A DNA stretch of 59,208 bases from Armatimonadota bacterium. GTDB taxonomy: Bacteria; Sysuimicrobiota; Sysuimicrobiia; Sysuimicrobiales; Kaftiobacteriaceae. This document shows positions 1 to 9,726 of the stretch, piece after piece (the first letter of the stretch is position 1; each line of letters opens with the position of its first letter). The stretch lies in NCBI GenBank assembly GCA_020028455.1, contig JAHZOA010000001.1, positions 1 through 59,208 of the forward strand, in the 5' to 3' direction. The notes beneath the pieces are model-generated. The model saw nothing but the letters and a program-made list of their open reading frames with translations, did no database searches and was not told where the DNA came from. The translations under genes and the position numbers were made by a program.

Positions 1-54
1 GATATGCCGATCACCCCGCGGAAGATTTGGGCCGCGATGCAAAGCGGTTTATAA
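1..54 (+). CDS. 3' end of a CDS starting upstream of the window (possibly large subunit of a xanthine-dehydrogenase/CO-dehydrogenase-family molybdoenzyme)
   Basis: Frame 1 reads ...DMPITPRKIWAAMQSGL then TAA at 52-54. The tail resembles C-termini of Mo-hydroxylase large subunits, and the next four genes are Mo-enzyme maturation factors. Too short to be sure. Confidence 0.3.
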   Translation, partial: DMPITPRKIWAAMQSGL

Positions 55-64
55 TTGTAAGGTC

Positions 65-1015
65 ATGCATCCTGAAATCGGCCGTATCCAATCGATGCTA
101 GACAGCCAGGGCTACATCGCCGATCGCGACTTGGCGACGTCGGTGTACCTTGCGATTCAACTGCGAAAGCCGTTGCTCATCGAGGGTGCCGCCGGCGTCG
201 GCAAGACCGAGGTCGCGAAAGTCATGGCGAGGGCGCTGGAGACCGATCTCATCCGGCTACAGTGCTATGAAGGGCTGGATGCTACTACGTCACTGTATGA
301 ATGGAACTACCAGCGCCAGCTCCTGCACATCCGGCTGCAGGAACACAGCGATCTGCCGCTCGAGGAGAAGGAACGCGAGATTTTCAGCGAGCCATTTCTG
401 TTGAAGCGGCCGCTGCTGCAGGCGATCACCCACGAGCGTGCACCGGTGCTGCTCATTGACGAGGTCGATCGCTCCGATGAAGAGTGGGAGGCATTCCTGC
501 TCGAGGTTCTTTCTGAGTGGCAGGTGACCATCCCGGAGATCGGGACGATCCGCGCGCGGCACACGCCACATGTGGTGCTCACGAGCAACCGCACACGCGA
601 GTTAGGCGACGCACTGCGCCGTCGCTGCTTGTATCTCTGGATCGACTATCCCGTCTTTGAAAAGGAACTCGCCATTGTGCGCCGCCGTGTGCCCGGCGTG
701 GACGGCCAACTGGCGGATCAGATCGCGGCGTTCATGCAGTTTGTGCGGCGGGCCAAACTCGATAAAGTGCCGGGGATCGCTGAGACGCTGGACTGGAGCG
801 CGGCCCTGATGGCGCTTCACCGCGATCATCTGGACCGCGAGGCCATCGAGCAGACGCTCGGCGTCCTGTTCAAGCACCACGACGACGCCGAGCTGGTCCG
901 GACCCAATGGCTCGACCATCTCCTGCGCGGGCTGGAGGACGCCGGTCGAGAGCCGAAGCCTTGGAATCAGCCCATGATCCAGCGCATCGCCGACAACGTG
1001 CTGCCGCGCCGATGA
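65..1015 (+). CDS. MoxR-like AAA+ ATPase (CoxD-like)
   Basis: 316-aa ORF with Walker A GAAGVGKT and Walker B LLIDEVDR. MoxR-type layout, followed by a VWA partner gene. Confidence 0.9.
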   Translation: MHPEIGRIQSMLDSQGYIADRDLATSVYLAIQLRKPLLIEGAAGVGKTEVAKVMARALETDLIRLQCYEGLDATTSLYEWNYQRQLLHIRLQEHSDLPLEEKEREIFSEPFLLKRPLLQAITHERAPVLLIDEVDRSDEEWEAFLLEVLSEWQVTIPEIGTIRARHTPHVVLTSNRTRELGDALRRRCLYLWIDYPVFEKELAIVRRRVPGVDGQLADQIAAFMQFVRRAKLDKVPGIAETLDWSAALMALHRDHLDREAIEQTLGVLFKHHDDAELVRTQWLDHLLRGLEDAGREPKPWNQPMIQRIADNVLPRR

Positions 1016-1171
1016 ATTTCAGGTGGCGCCCACTAGTGTTCTTTGCGTTGTCGGGCGGCTGTTGAGGAGGTCGAGTACAGCGACACCGGTGGAGCTTGTA
1101 CGTATTGTGACAAGTGAAGGCCGAGCCCGCGGGGCGCAGGCAGGCCAAGCGCGCGGCGAGGCCGGTGAATT

Positions 1172-2308
1172 GTGCTTGTTGCGACTAGGGTGAAGCGCTC
1201 GAGCGATCTGACCGCGCACGTTGTTGGATTCTGCCGGGCACTGAGGAACCGCAGCATTCCTGTGGGTCCGAAGGAGGCAGCCGACGCGCTGGCCGCGCTC
1301 GCCGCCGTGGATCTCAGCGATCGGAGAGAGTCATACCTCGCGTTGCGGTCCGTGCTGACGTCCAAGCGAGACGACCTGTTCGTTTTTGATCAGGTGTTCG
1401 CAGAGTACTGGAACCCACCCCAGGAACAGCAAGCGTTGCCGCACATGCCCGAGCCTTTGCCTGCCGCCGGGGAGGCGCAGGCGTCTTCACCGACATTGCT
1501 GCGCTGGCTTGACGAGGCGCTTGAGGTGGATGGCGAGCAGACGCCGGCCTACAGCCCGGTTGAAACACTCACCGAGAAAGACTTCAGCACCTTCTCGGCG
1601 GACGAGCTCGACGAAGTCGCCCGGATTGTGATCCGGATCGCGCGGCGTGTGGCGACAAGACTGAGCCGGCGCATGCGGCAATCAAAGCGCGGACGCGTGG
1701 ATCTGCGGCGGACGATTCGCCACAGCCTGCGGCGCGGTGGCGAGATCATCGATCTGGCGTACCGCCGCCGGAAGATCACGAAAACCAAGGTCGTGCTCCT
1801 GGCGGATGTCAGCGGGTCGATGGATCTGTACAGCCGCTTTCTCATCCAGTTCATCTACGCGCTGCAGCACACGCTCGGGCACGTGGAGACGCTGGTGTTC
1901 TCGACGTCGCTCACTCGGGTGACCGACGCGCTGGATGAAGCCGACCTTCACCGGGCGCTGAATGAAGTCGCGAAGCAAGTGCCAGACTGGTCAGGGGGCA
2001 CGAAGATCGGGTACAGCCTGCGGACGTTTCTCAAAGAGCACGGCGACCAGCTGACCCCGAGAACCGTCGTCCTGATCATCAGTGACGGCTGGGACACGGG
2101 CGACATGGACATCCTCGAGCACGCCATGGAAGAGATCCGGCGCCGCGCGGGCCGCATCATCTGGCTCAATCCGTTGCTCGGCAGTCCCGGCTATGAGCCA
2201 ATCTGCCAGGGGATGCGCGTGGCGCTGCCGTACGTTGACGTGTTTGCGTCGGCACACAACTTGGAGAGTCTCAGGCGACTCGAGAAGCACCTCGCGACGA
2301 GAAAGTGA
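1172..2308 (+). CDS. VWA domain protein (CoxE-like)
   Basis: 378-aa ORF with a non-ATG start. C-terminal VWA fold with MIDAS-like LLADVSGSM. Typical partner of a MoxR ATPase. Exact start uncertain. Confidence 0.85.
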   Translation: MLVATRVKRSSDLTAHVVGFCRALRNRSIPVGPKEAADALAALAAVDLSDRRESYLALRSVLTSKRDDLFVFDQVFAEYWNPPQEQQALPHMPEPLPAAGEAQASSPTLLRWLDEALEVDGEQTPAYSPVETLTEKDFSTFSADELDEVARIVIRIARRVATRLSRRMRQSKRGRVDLRRTIRHSLRRGGEIIDLAYRRRKITKTKVVLLADVSGSMDLYSRFLIQFIYALQHTLGHVETLVFSTSLTRVTDALDEADLHRALNEVAKQVPDWSGGTKIGYSLRTFLKEHGDQLTPRTVVLIISDGWDTGDMDILEHAMEEIRRRAGRIIWLNPLLGSPGYEPICQGMRVALPYVDVFASAHNLESLRRLEKHLATRK

Positions 2309-2329
2309 CTTGGTGAAGGAGAACATGAG

Positions 2330-3460
2330 GTGAGAGAGCTCCTCGAAGTTCTCGAGGCCATCGATAAGTTCGCCAAAGAGGGTCAACAGATGGCCCTCGC
2401 CACAATCATTGGGGTCCGCGGCTCGACCTACCGGCGCGAGGGCGCGCGCCTGTTGTGCACGCAGCGCCAGCAGATGGTCGGCAACATCAGCGGTGGATGC
2501 CTGGAAAGTGACGTCATGGTCGTGTCGGAAGAGGTCATGCGCACGGGGCGGCCCAAGATGGTGACGTATGATCTTACGGCCGACGACGACGCGGTCTGGG
2601 GTCTTGGGCTTGGCTGCAACGGCGCGGTAGATCTGTTCGTGGAACCCGTTGATCCAGCGTCTCCGGTTCTTCCCCTCTTGCGGGACGCGATCACAAATGA
2701 GCAATCGCTCGGATTGATCACGGTGGTCGATGGTCCGGCTCCGCTGGGCGCATGGATGGCGGTCTATGCTGACAGCCGGCGCGTGGGCTCCTTGGGAGAG
2801 GGCGCGCTTGACGAGCGTGCTCATCGGGCCGCCCACGCCGTACTGGAAGAGGGGACCTCACGCGTACAATCATTGCCAGCAGCGAACGGCGACGTGAAGG
2901 TGTTCATCGAGGCGATCCGTCCCCCTGTACGTCTGGTGGTGTGTGGCGCCGGTCACGACGCGATCCCTGTCGTGAACGTCGCGTCGATGCTCGGGTGGCG
3001 GGTTGTTGTCGTCGATCAGCGCGAGCGGTACTTGACGCATGAGCGGTTCCCGGGCGCGCGCGAATTCATTAAAGCCGAGCCGGCCCTGGCCGCCGCCTCG
3101 GTGCCGATCGACAGCCGGACCTATGTGGTGGTGATGACGCACAACTACATGCACGATCGAGACCTGCTGCGCGGATTCCTACACACCGACGCGCCTTACG
3201 TGGGCATGCTTGGCCCTAAGATGCGGACAGAGAAGATCATCAGCGAACTACGGGGAGTCGGCGTACCGGTCACCGATCGCGACCGAGGTCGCATCTTTGG
3301 CCCTGTGGGTCTCGACCTGGGCGGCGAAGGGCCGGAAGAGATTGCGCTGGCCGTGGTGGGGGAGATCCTTGCCGTCGAAGGTGGCCGGCGCGCGGGGTTC
3401 CTGCGCGAGCGACCGGGACCCATTCACGCAGAGACCAAACCATCGACCATCGTTCGTTGA
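2330..3460 (+). CDS. XdhC/CoxI family molybdoenzyme maturation protein
   Basis: GTG start 8 nt after GAAGGAG. N-terminal ATIIGVRGSTYRREGARLL...GGCLE signature and C-terminal Rossmann-like VVCGAGHDA half. Confidence 0.9.
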   Translation: MRELLEVLEAIDKFAKEGQQMALATIIGVRGSTYRREGARLLCTQRQQMVGNISGGCLESDVMVVSEEVMRTGRPKMVTYDLTADDDAVWGLGLGCNGAVDLFVEPVDPASPVLPLLRDAITNEQSLGLITVVDGPAPLGAWMAVYADSRRVGSLGEGALDERAHRAAHAVLEEGTSRVQSLPAANGDVKVFIEAIRPPVRLVVCGAGHDAIPVVNVASMLGWRVVVVDQRERYLTHERFPGAREFIKAEPALAAASVPIDSRTYVVVMTHNYMHDRDLLRGFLHTDAPYVGMLGPKMRTEKIISELRGVGVPVTDRDRGRIFGPVGLDLGGEGPEEIALAVVGEILAVEGGRRAGFLRERPGPIHAETKPSTIVR

Positions 3461-4035
3461 AGGTCGGCGCCGTTATTCTGGCCGCCGGTCCCAGCACGCG
3501 CATGGGCCGGCCCAAACTCCTCTTGAACTACAAGGGCGTCTCGTTATTGCGGCGCGCCGTGGACGCGGCCGTCGCCGCGGGATGCGCTGAGATCGTCGTC
3601 GTACTCGGCGCCGCCGCAGATCAATACCGCGCCGTACTCGAAGGGACAGCAGCCCGGATTTTTGTCAACAAGCATTTTGCCGAAGGGATGGCGGGCTCGA
3701 TTCAAGTGGGCATCGAGGCCCTGAGCGATGATATCGTCGCTGCAGTGATCATGCTCGCGGACCAACCGTTTATCGATGCAGACATCATCCGGAGGCTGAT
3801 TGAGACCTACCGCAGCTCAGGAAAGAAAATCGTCGCCAGTCAGTATGGCGACGTTCGAGGTGTGCCGGCTCTCTTTGACCGCGCCCTGTTTCTGGAGCTG
3901 CTCGTCGTCACTGGGGATCAGGGTGCGCGGACCGTCGTCGAAACGTATCCAGGGCACGTGGCCACGGTGGACATCCCGGCGGCAAGTGCGGAGGACATCG
4001 ATACGCCCGACGACGCCGAGCGTTTGCTGTTCTAG
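3457..4035 (+). CDS. MobA/MocA-like nucleotidyltransferase (molybdenum cofactor cytidylyltransferase-like)
   Basis: TTG start overlapping the xdhC-like stop. N-terminal AVILAAGPSTRMGRPKLLL motif. Context with XdhC. Confidence 0.8.
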   Translation: MKVGAVILAAGPSTRMGRPKLLLNYKGVSLLRRAVDAAVAAGCAEIVVVLGAAADQYRAVLEGTAARIFVNKHFAEGMAGSIQVGIEALSDDIVAAVIMLADQPFIDADIIRRLIETYRSSGKKIVASQYGDVRGVPALFDRALFLELLVVTGDQGARTVVETYPGHVATVDIPAASAEDIDTPDDAERLLF

Positions 4036-5930
4036 CGAGTTCCAGTCACGGGGACGACCGTGAGTGCATCGCCGACGGGCCGTTCGCCCGTTTCATCGGC
4101 GGGGAGATTGACGACCTGGCCACCCACGACGAGGGTCGTGGACCCCCCACCGTCCAGGTTCATCGCGTCGACAACGCCAATGCGTCGCAACTCCATCGCG
4201 AACTCCAGCAGCGTCATGCCGACGCTATGATACGGCTGACGTCCGTCGATGGTGACGAGCACGACGCGGCCATCTGCCAGCACGCCGATGGCGCTGCGCG
4301 GATGGCGGCGGTTACTGAACGCTGCGGTGAACCCCTCCCCGCCGACAAACTGACCCGCGGCCAGCAGCCGCGGACCACCGCCGATCATCGAGCGCACTGT
4401 GGTCCACCGCGAATCGCCGGACGCCGGTGTAATGTTTGTCGTCACGGCGACCGGCGCGCCCGGCGGAAGGTTCTGCAGGATCCATTGGCGCGCACGACCG
4501 TGTCCTGAAAGCACCACACCATCGCGAGGAATCTGGCTGTTGCCTCTGAGATCTCGCACCGTGGCGACGATTCCGCCCGAGACAATGGCTTCAGCCCCGA
4601 ACTGGTTGGTGCGCGTGAACAAATCAAACTTCGGAGAGTACACGATGAGTTCGTCGGCACGGCGGAGCCGGTTCGCCCCATCAATCCGCGACGTGACCTC
4701 GCCGCTCGCGACTGTGGCTTCCAGCCGGATGTGGTCGAACAGCACCGCGCCGTTTTCATCCAGCCCTGCGCACGTACGCCTGGGATCGGGTTCGCTCAGG
4801 ATCTCGCCCTCGATCATCAGGCATCCCAGCGGGTCGCCGGTGGAGGAGAAAAATCCTCCGTTGATCGCGGCGGCGGCCCCCGTTCGTCGTGCCAGGTCGC
4901 TGGTCCGCTGGAGCTGCATGCGCTGCCCGTCACCGGTTGCCGGAACGAGCCGGAAGCCCGATCGCGGATCAACGACGATCACCGCGGTCCGGAACGGACC
5001 GGGAAGCGCCTCGACCTCCGGAATCGTCGCGATGACCCAGGCCGGAAAGCCTTCGGAGGATAGCTGTTCTTTTGCCAGTCCGGCGTCAATAGCGCTCGTA
5101 AAATTCCCGACGCGGACCTTGTAGAGACCGTCCTGCAACTCCACAAACGACGGCCAGCCGCGTTCGCGCATGGCGCTCGCAAGCCGCTGCGCACCCTCCT
5201 CTGTGGTGAATGCACCGATCTGGATGCGCCATATGGGCCGGGCCTGCAGAACCCCTCGCTTTTCAATGATGAGGTTGAGTCCCGACGCGACCGCGGACGA
5301 GATCTGCAGGGTGAAACCCGCCTCTGCGGCGGACATCATCGCCCAGAGCAGGCTCGCGGCTTCTGAGCGTGTCATCATTGCGTTGGGGCGTGCCGGGAGC
5401 GCCGGTTCGCGAAGTAATGGAGGGACGCCGAACATCGCGATGGCCATCGATCCCCGCTCGTGATCGGGCAACGCGCCGACTTCTTCGTTGACCGTCACGT
5501 GCCTCGACAGAATGACGGCCTCGACTGCATACCCCATCGCCTGCACCGTCAGCACCACGGCATCACCACGCCGGATGGGGGCGGCTGGCATGAACGAAGC
5601 CGAACGTGGGATGAGTCCCGCGGCCAACGCGGCTTCGATGTACGCGGAGAGCGGATGGGTCGCGGGCACATCGCTGAACGTCGGCACGCGGACCGGACGC
5701 GGAGGGAAGCCTCTCGCGACCACCAGCCATTGGATGAACTCTCCGCGTGTGACTTCTTCGTCGGGATGGAACGTCGTGTCTGGAAGCACTGTGATGATGC
5801 CGCGCTGCAGCAGCGACAGGATGCGCTGCTCCGCCCAGTGCCCCTGCACATCACTGGGGGCAGTTTGTGCCCACGCCGCCAACGGGATGAGCGAGAAGAC
5901 GAGCAGCGCTGTGATGACGAGCTTTCCCAC
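4032..5930 (-). CDS. Secreted SLH + SPOR + phosphodiester glycosidase (NAGPA/DUF2233-like) protein
   Basis: 632 aa, GTG start, signal peptide LIPLAAWAQT. SLH-like FSDVPATHPLSAYIEAALAAGLI, SPOR-like WRIQIGAFTTEEGAQRLA...YKVRVGNF, C-terminal AMNLDGGGSTTLVV. Confidence 0.75.
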   Translation of the reverse strand: MGKLVITALLVFSLIPLAAWAQTAPSDVQGHWAEQRILSLLQRGIITVLPDTTFHPDEEVTRGEFIQWLVVARGFPPRPVRVPTFSDVPATHPLSAYIEAALAAGLIPRSASFMPAAPIRRGDAVVLTVQAMGYAVEAVILSRHVTVNEEVGALPDHERGSMAIAMFGVPPLLREPALPARPNAMMTRSEAASLLWAMMSAAEAGFTLQISSAVASGLNLIIEKRGVLQARPIWRIQIGAFTTEEGAQRLASAMRERGWPSFVELQDGLYKVRVGNFTSAIDAGLAKEQLSSEGFPAWVIATIPEVEALPGPFRTAVIVVDPRSGFRLVPATGDGQRMQLQRTSDLARRTGAAAAINGGFFSSTGDPLGCLMIEGEILSEPDPRRTCAGLDENGAVLFDHIRLEATVASGEVTSRIDGANRLRRADELIVYSPKFDLFTRTNQFGAEAIVSGGIVATVRDLRGNSQIPRDGVVLSGHGRARQWILQNLPPGAPVAVTTNITPASGDSRWTTVRSMIGGGPRLLAAGQFVGGEGFTAAFSNRRHPRSAIGVLADGRVVLVTIDGRQPYHSVGMTLLEFAMELRRIGVVDAMNLDGGGSTTLVVGGQVVNLPADETGERPVGDALTVVPVTGTR

Positions 5931-6157
5931 GAGAAGTGATTTCCCCCTCCGGCGCCGACCACCTTGAAACTTCCTACCACTAAAGATTGTGGAGAAGTCG
6001 GAGAGGGTAAACTAGATATGGCGGCGAACTAGTGTGCGCGACGGCAGGATAGCCGTCCAGATACGCGCGCGGGAGCGCGAGAGGGAGGATGTCGATGGCG
6101 AGAAAAAAGGCCAAGGGCAAGAAGAAGAAGTAAGACGCAGAGTTAAGCCTGCGTTGA

Positions 6158-6195
6158 ACAAGAGGTAGCATCCGGAGTGCTACCTCTTGTCTTTT
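6158..6195 (+). terminator. Rho-independent-type hairpin (13-bp perfect stem, 7-nt loop, CTTTTGT tail)
   Basis: ACAAGAGGTAGCA (6158-6170) pairs with TGCTACCTCTTGT (6178-6190), then CTTTT. The T-tract is on the + strand only. It could also stop the minus-strand HD-GYP transcript ending at 6228. Confidence 0.5.
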
Positions 6196-6227
6196 GTAAG
6201 AGATCTTCCATCATGCCGCGGCCAGCA

Positions 6228-7595
6228 TCAGGCCGCGGGCTGGGACAGCAACGCGCTGACGTCGATGTTCGCGTCGGCCGGATCAACAACTGTGGTGATC
6301 CACTGTGACGTGTCGGCGGCAAGATCGATCACGTGCGCCAGACGATCATCTTTGACGACCTGCACAACCGGCCGGTCGACATGCTGATCCGACGGCCGGA
6401 TCACAACGGCCAGCTCGTTGCTGCCGAGCTCGACGAGGCTGCCTACCGGGTACAGCCCCATCATCTTCAGAAAGATCTTGCCGATGACCGGGTCGAAAAT
6501 TGTGCCCAGGCCCGCGCCGATGTACTTCATCGCCAGTTCCGGCCGTAGCGGCCGGCCGGCACCACGGCGTGCGGACGTGAGGGTGTCGTAGGCATCAACG
6601 ACGGACACGATGCGCGAGAACAGATGCGGCCGGGTTTTGGCAGGCAGCACCGGATATCCCGAGCCATCGTAGTGCACGTGGTGCTCCAGCCCGACCATGG
6701 CAGCGACCCGGCCGGACCCATCGAGCTCGCGTAAGATGTTGGCCGCATGCACCGGATGCCGGTCGTGCTGCTCCAGTTCTTCCGGCGTGAGTTCCGCCCG
6801 GTTCAATAATGTGTAGGGTAGCCGCACCTTGCCGATATCGTGCACGAGCGCGCTCATGCCCAGCGCCGTCAGCTGGTTATGCTCGAGCCCCAGGTTCGTG
6901 CCGATGAGCAGTGCCAGGATCGATACGTTGACTGCGTGATAACTGCTACTTTCGTCGTACTCATGGTGTGACATGAGCCCGAGCAGCGAAAACCGGTTCT
7001 CGAGCACGACTTCGATCGCCGCCGACAAGAACACCCGCGCCTTCTTCATGTCCAGCGGCAGACGCCGTACGGCCTGCGCCTGAAGATCCTGTGCGACGAT
7101 GTGCCCGGCCTCGTAGGCGCTGACCGGCTCCACTTCCACCTCTTTCAGACCGCCTTGCGGCGATGAGCGCGGCGGCGCAACCACGATATATTGCACATTT
7201 TGGGTCTTGAGAAACGCTGCCGCTCCCCCGGCCGCCTGGATTTTTTGGACTGATTGGATGAGTAAGCTGACGAAGGCATCGATCTCGACGTCGGAAACGC
7301 CCCGCTGGATCGTGAACACCCCGATGCCCCGATCCTGGCATGCTTTGAGTAGGGCGCCGTTCCGAAGGGTCTCTTCGGGCAGCATCTGATTTTCGAGGAA
7401 GAAAGTGTCTTCGTAGATCTGGAACGTTACCGCCTCCCGATCACGCAGCAGCAGATCGATCACCTGAAGAAGATCCCCGCGCCCGCGCTGGACGAGAGAA
7501 TGGTCCGCGGGATAGATGCTGCGAAATCTGGCTGCAGTTCCGAGATACCGCAGGAGGGTAGCTGTGACGGAGGCCTGCCGCGATACCGGGCTCAC
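6228..7595 (-). CDS. HD-GYP domain phosphodiesterase (c-di-GMP PDE class II-like) with N-terminal sensor-like domain
   Basis: 455 aa with HDIGK...HHVHYDGSGYP motifs. GTG start overlaps the upstream stop (GTGA). Confidence 0.85.
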   Translation of the reverse strand: MSPVSRQASVTATLLRYLGTAARFRSIYPADHSLVQRGRGDLLQVIDLLLRDREAVTFQIYEDTFFLENQMLPEETLRNGALLKACQDRGIGVFTIQRGVSDVEIDAFVSLLIQSVQKIQAAGGAAAFLKTQNVQYIVVAPPRSSPQGGLKEVEVEPVSAYEAGHIVAQDLQAQAVRRLPLDMKKARVFLSAAIEVVLENRFSLLGLMSHHEYDESSSYHAVNVSILALLIGTNLGLEHNQLTALGMSALVHDIGKVRLPYTLLNRAELTPEELEQHDRHPVHAANILRELDGSGRVAAMVGLEHHVHYDGSGYPVLPAKTRPHLFSRIVSVVDAYDTLTSARRGAGRPLRPELAMKYIGAGLGTIFDPVIGKIFLKMMGLYPVGSLVELGSNELAVVIRPSDQHVDRPVVQVVKDDRLAHVIDLAADTSQWITTVVDPADANIDVSALLSQPAA

Positions 7596-9652
7596 GACAC
7601 CATCCTCTTGGGGGCCTGTGCTGCGGACGACCCGCGCCCCGTCAACCTGGCGACGGCCTCGCGCGCGATGCGCGCGACTTCGCGGTCCCGCTTGCGCAGC
7701 TTGAATGGACTGCCGATCCGCCGGAGGATCGGAATCGCCTCCGCGGCATTGATGTCCGCGAGTGTCCGGATGAGCCGCATCTTGAACACATGCCGCCCGG
7801 CGAGCTCGGGACTCTGTACCATCGAGATCAAGACCTGTTGCGTTTGGCGCAGTGTGTCGGGCCGCAAATGCGAGAACGCCGCCTCCCGGATTTCAAGATC
7901 GGGATCCTGCAAGAACGACACCAAGACGGTTTGAGCTGCCGGGGACGTCACCGACGCGAGCGCGCTCACCATTTCCTTTCGTACGTGTGCATCGGGATGC
8001 TTGGCGAAACCGCGCAGTACGACCAACCCTTTTTGGGACGGCAACTGGGCAAGAATCCGCACGACCGTTCGGACGACTTCAGGATTGGCGTCCTTGAGAT
8101 ATGGAGTCAGGGAATCCACGATATCCTCGCCGAGCTTGCTGAGAATTGCTGCGATCAGCTGCCGCCTGGAGAGATCCCGCTCTGCCGACAGCGCCTGCGC
8201 CAGCGCGACGGCTGCCGACTTGCCCACGAGCTTGAGGCACATGAGGAGGGGCTGGTCGTCGGTCCATTGAGCGACGTCTTTTGACGTCACATGACTCGGG
8301 ATGGCAGTGAGCAGCCCGTTCAGTGCCGTCTGCACGCGGCGGGACTTGGGGGTGCGATCGGCGGCCGCGGACTCAAGGCGCTGGAGGATTATCCCGACCA
8401 GCTCGTACTCGCCGTGCTGGAACAGCCGTTCGACGGCGGGGGTGAGCACTTCAAGGGTGGCTTCGACCTCGCGCTCGTCCGGGTCAATGAGGACAAGATT
8501 CACCAACGTGAGTGATTGATCACGCAGGACCGGTATCTCCTCCAGATGCAACTCGTTGACGAGTGCCCGCACGTCATCTTCGGAGACCGCTACCGCCTCA
8601 TTTGTCACTTGAAAGTCGGTCAGGTCTTGCCGGATATTGCGCACCCCCTCCGGCATTCGCAGCTCCTCAAGAGCCGGCGGGATGTCGATCGATCGTCCTG
8701 TCTGCGTGGACACCAGCGCCAGCGTCTCGCGCGCTTTCTGTGGGTCAAAGGGCAGACCTTTCATTACCTGCTCTGCCGGGTCTGTCATGGCTCCTGTTTC
8801 CAGGCATGGGATCACCATGCGCGCGATCTGTTCCGAGGTCATGGCGACCAGGAGCGCCCGCGCCGAAAGGTCTCCGGCGGCTCGATTCAGAATGGCGGCG
8901 TGCAGATCGGTTCGCTTGGGGTCGTCCACCTCGGCGACCGCGGTGGCGAGCTCCTTGAATAAATGCTGCGATTCGCCGTGCGGCGCGTCGACGATGAGGC
9001 GATCGAGCATGGATAGGGCTTCATACATATGCCTGGCGAGCTCGGCGCCCTCCGCATTGGGAAACGCCTGGCGCGTGCGCTCGAAGATGACTTTCAGCAG
9101 GCGCTGCGCCTGCTCGGGCCCCCCCCGAAGCAAACTCAAAATCATTGCTCGGTCCTGGAGACTGAGCGATCCATCGAGCATCTGAAGGAGGAGTTCCAAT
9201 GAGATTTGCCCGACGTCGCTCTCCCCGGGGTGCATTTCAAACACGCGGACGTGATAGAGGTTGTGTTTCTCGAGCAGCGCCGTGAAACCACCCTCGTTCA
9301 AGATCGTCTCGCGGTCGAGCGTGACAATATCCATGGCCTCGGCCAGTTCATCCTCGGTAATGCCGGGGAGCATGACGAGCTGCCAGACGGCGACGCTGTA
9401 GAGCATCAGTGCCAGCGCGTCGACCGACTCCCCGCCTTCGAATGGGCGGCCTTCGATGATGAGTCCGTTCCGGTGAGTCTCCAGCACGAAGCTGCCAAAC
9501 CGCTCGTGGTACGCCATGACGGCAACGTGGAGCGCGTTCACCGTCTGTGCGCGCAGGGTATGACCCTTTTCGTACAGGCGCCGGGATTTGACTGCCGCGT
9601 TCAGCCTTCGAACGACCGCAGCGGCAGCCTGCGCCCGGCCCATCGAGCTCAT
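7592..9652 (-). CDS. HEAT-repeat protein with N-terminal domain paralogous to the HD-GYP protein N-terminus
   Basis: 686 aa. C-terminal HEAT-like repeats (PEVVRTVVRILAQLP, HPDAHVRKEMVSALA, DPDLEIREAAFSHL). No catalytic motif seen. Confidence 0.6.
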   Translation of the reverse strand: MSSMGRAQAAAAVVRRLNAAVKSRRLYEKGHTLRAQTVNALHVAVMAYHERFGSFVLETHRNGLIIEGRPFEGGESVDALALMLYSVAVWQLVMLPGITEDELAEAMDIVTLDRETILNEGGFTALLEKHNLYHVRVFEMHPGESDVGQISLELLLQMLDGSLSLQDRAMILSLLRGGPEQAQRLLKVIFERTRQAFPNAEGAELARHMYEALSMLDRLIVDAPHGESQHLFKELATAVAEVDDPKRTDLHAAILNRAAGDLSARALLVAMTSEQIARMVIPCLETGAMTDPAEQVMKGLPFDPQKARETLALVSTQTGRSIDIPPALEELRMPEGVRNIRQDLTDFQVTNEAVAVSEDDVRALVNELHLEEIPVLRDQSLTLVNLVLIDPDEREVEATLEVLTPAVERLFQHGEYELVGIILQRLESAAADRTPKSRRVQTALNGLLTAIPSHVTSKDVAQWTDDQPLLMCLKLVGKSAAVALAQALSAERDLSRRQLIAAILSKLGEDIVDSLTPYLKDANPEVVRTVVRILAQLPSQKGLVVLRGFAKHPDAHVRKEMVSALASVTSPAAQTVLVSFLQDPDLEIREAAFSHLRPDTLRQTQQVLISMVQSPELAGRHVFKMRLIRTLADINAAEAIPILRRIGSPFKLRKRDREVARIAREAVARLTGRGSSAAQAPKRMVS

Positions 9653-9726
9653 ACCCCTCTCAATGCCCGCTTTCTTCTATGAAAATTCCCTAGACGGGAG
9701 GCAAAAAAGAGGGCAGCAGGGAGGTA

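Noticed and set aside
65-2308. MoxR ATPase plus VWA pair as a possible MoxR-VWA conflict or defence-type ternary system.
   Set aside because: The pair is followed directly by XdhC and a MocA-type cytidylyltransferase, and preceded by what looks like a Mo-hydroxylase subunit tail. This is the ordinary CoxD/CoxE/CoxF-like molybdoenzyme maturation context.
4032-4035. The convergent genes (MocA-like on +, glycosidase on -) share the palindrome CTAG, which provides both stop codons.
   Set aside because: This is a 4-nt convergent overlap, a trivial consequence of the palindromic TAG/CTA. There is no evidence of regulatory meaning.
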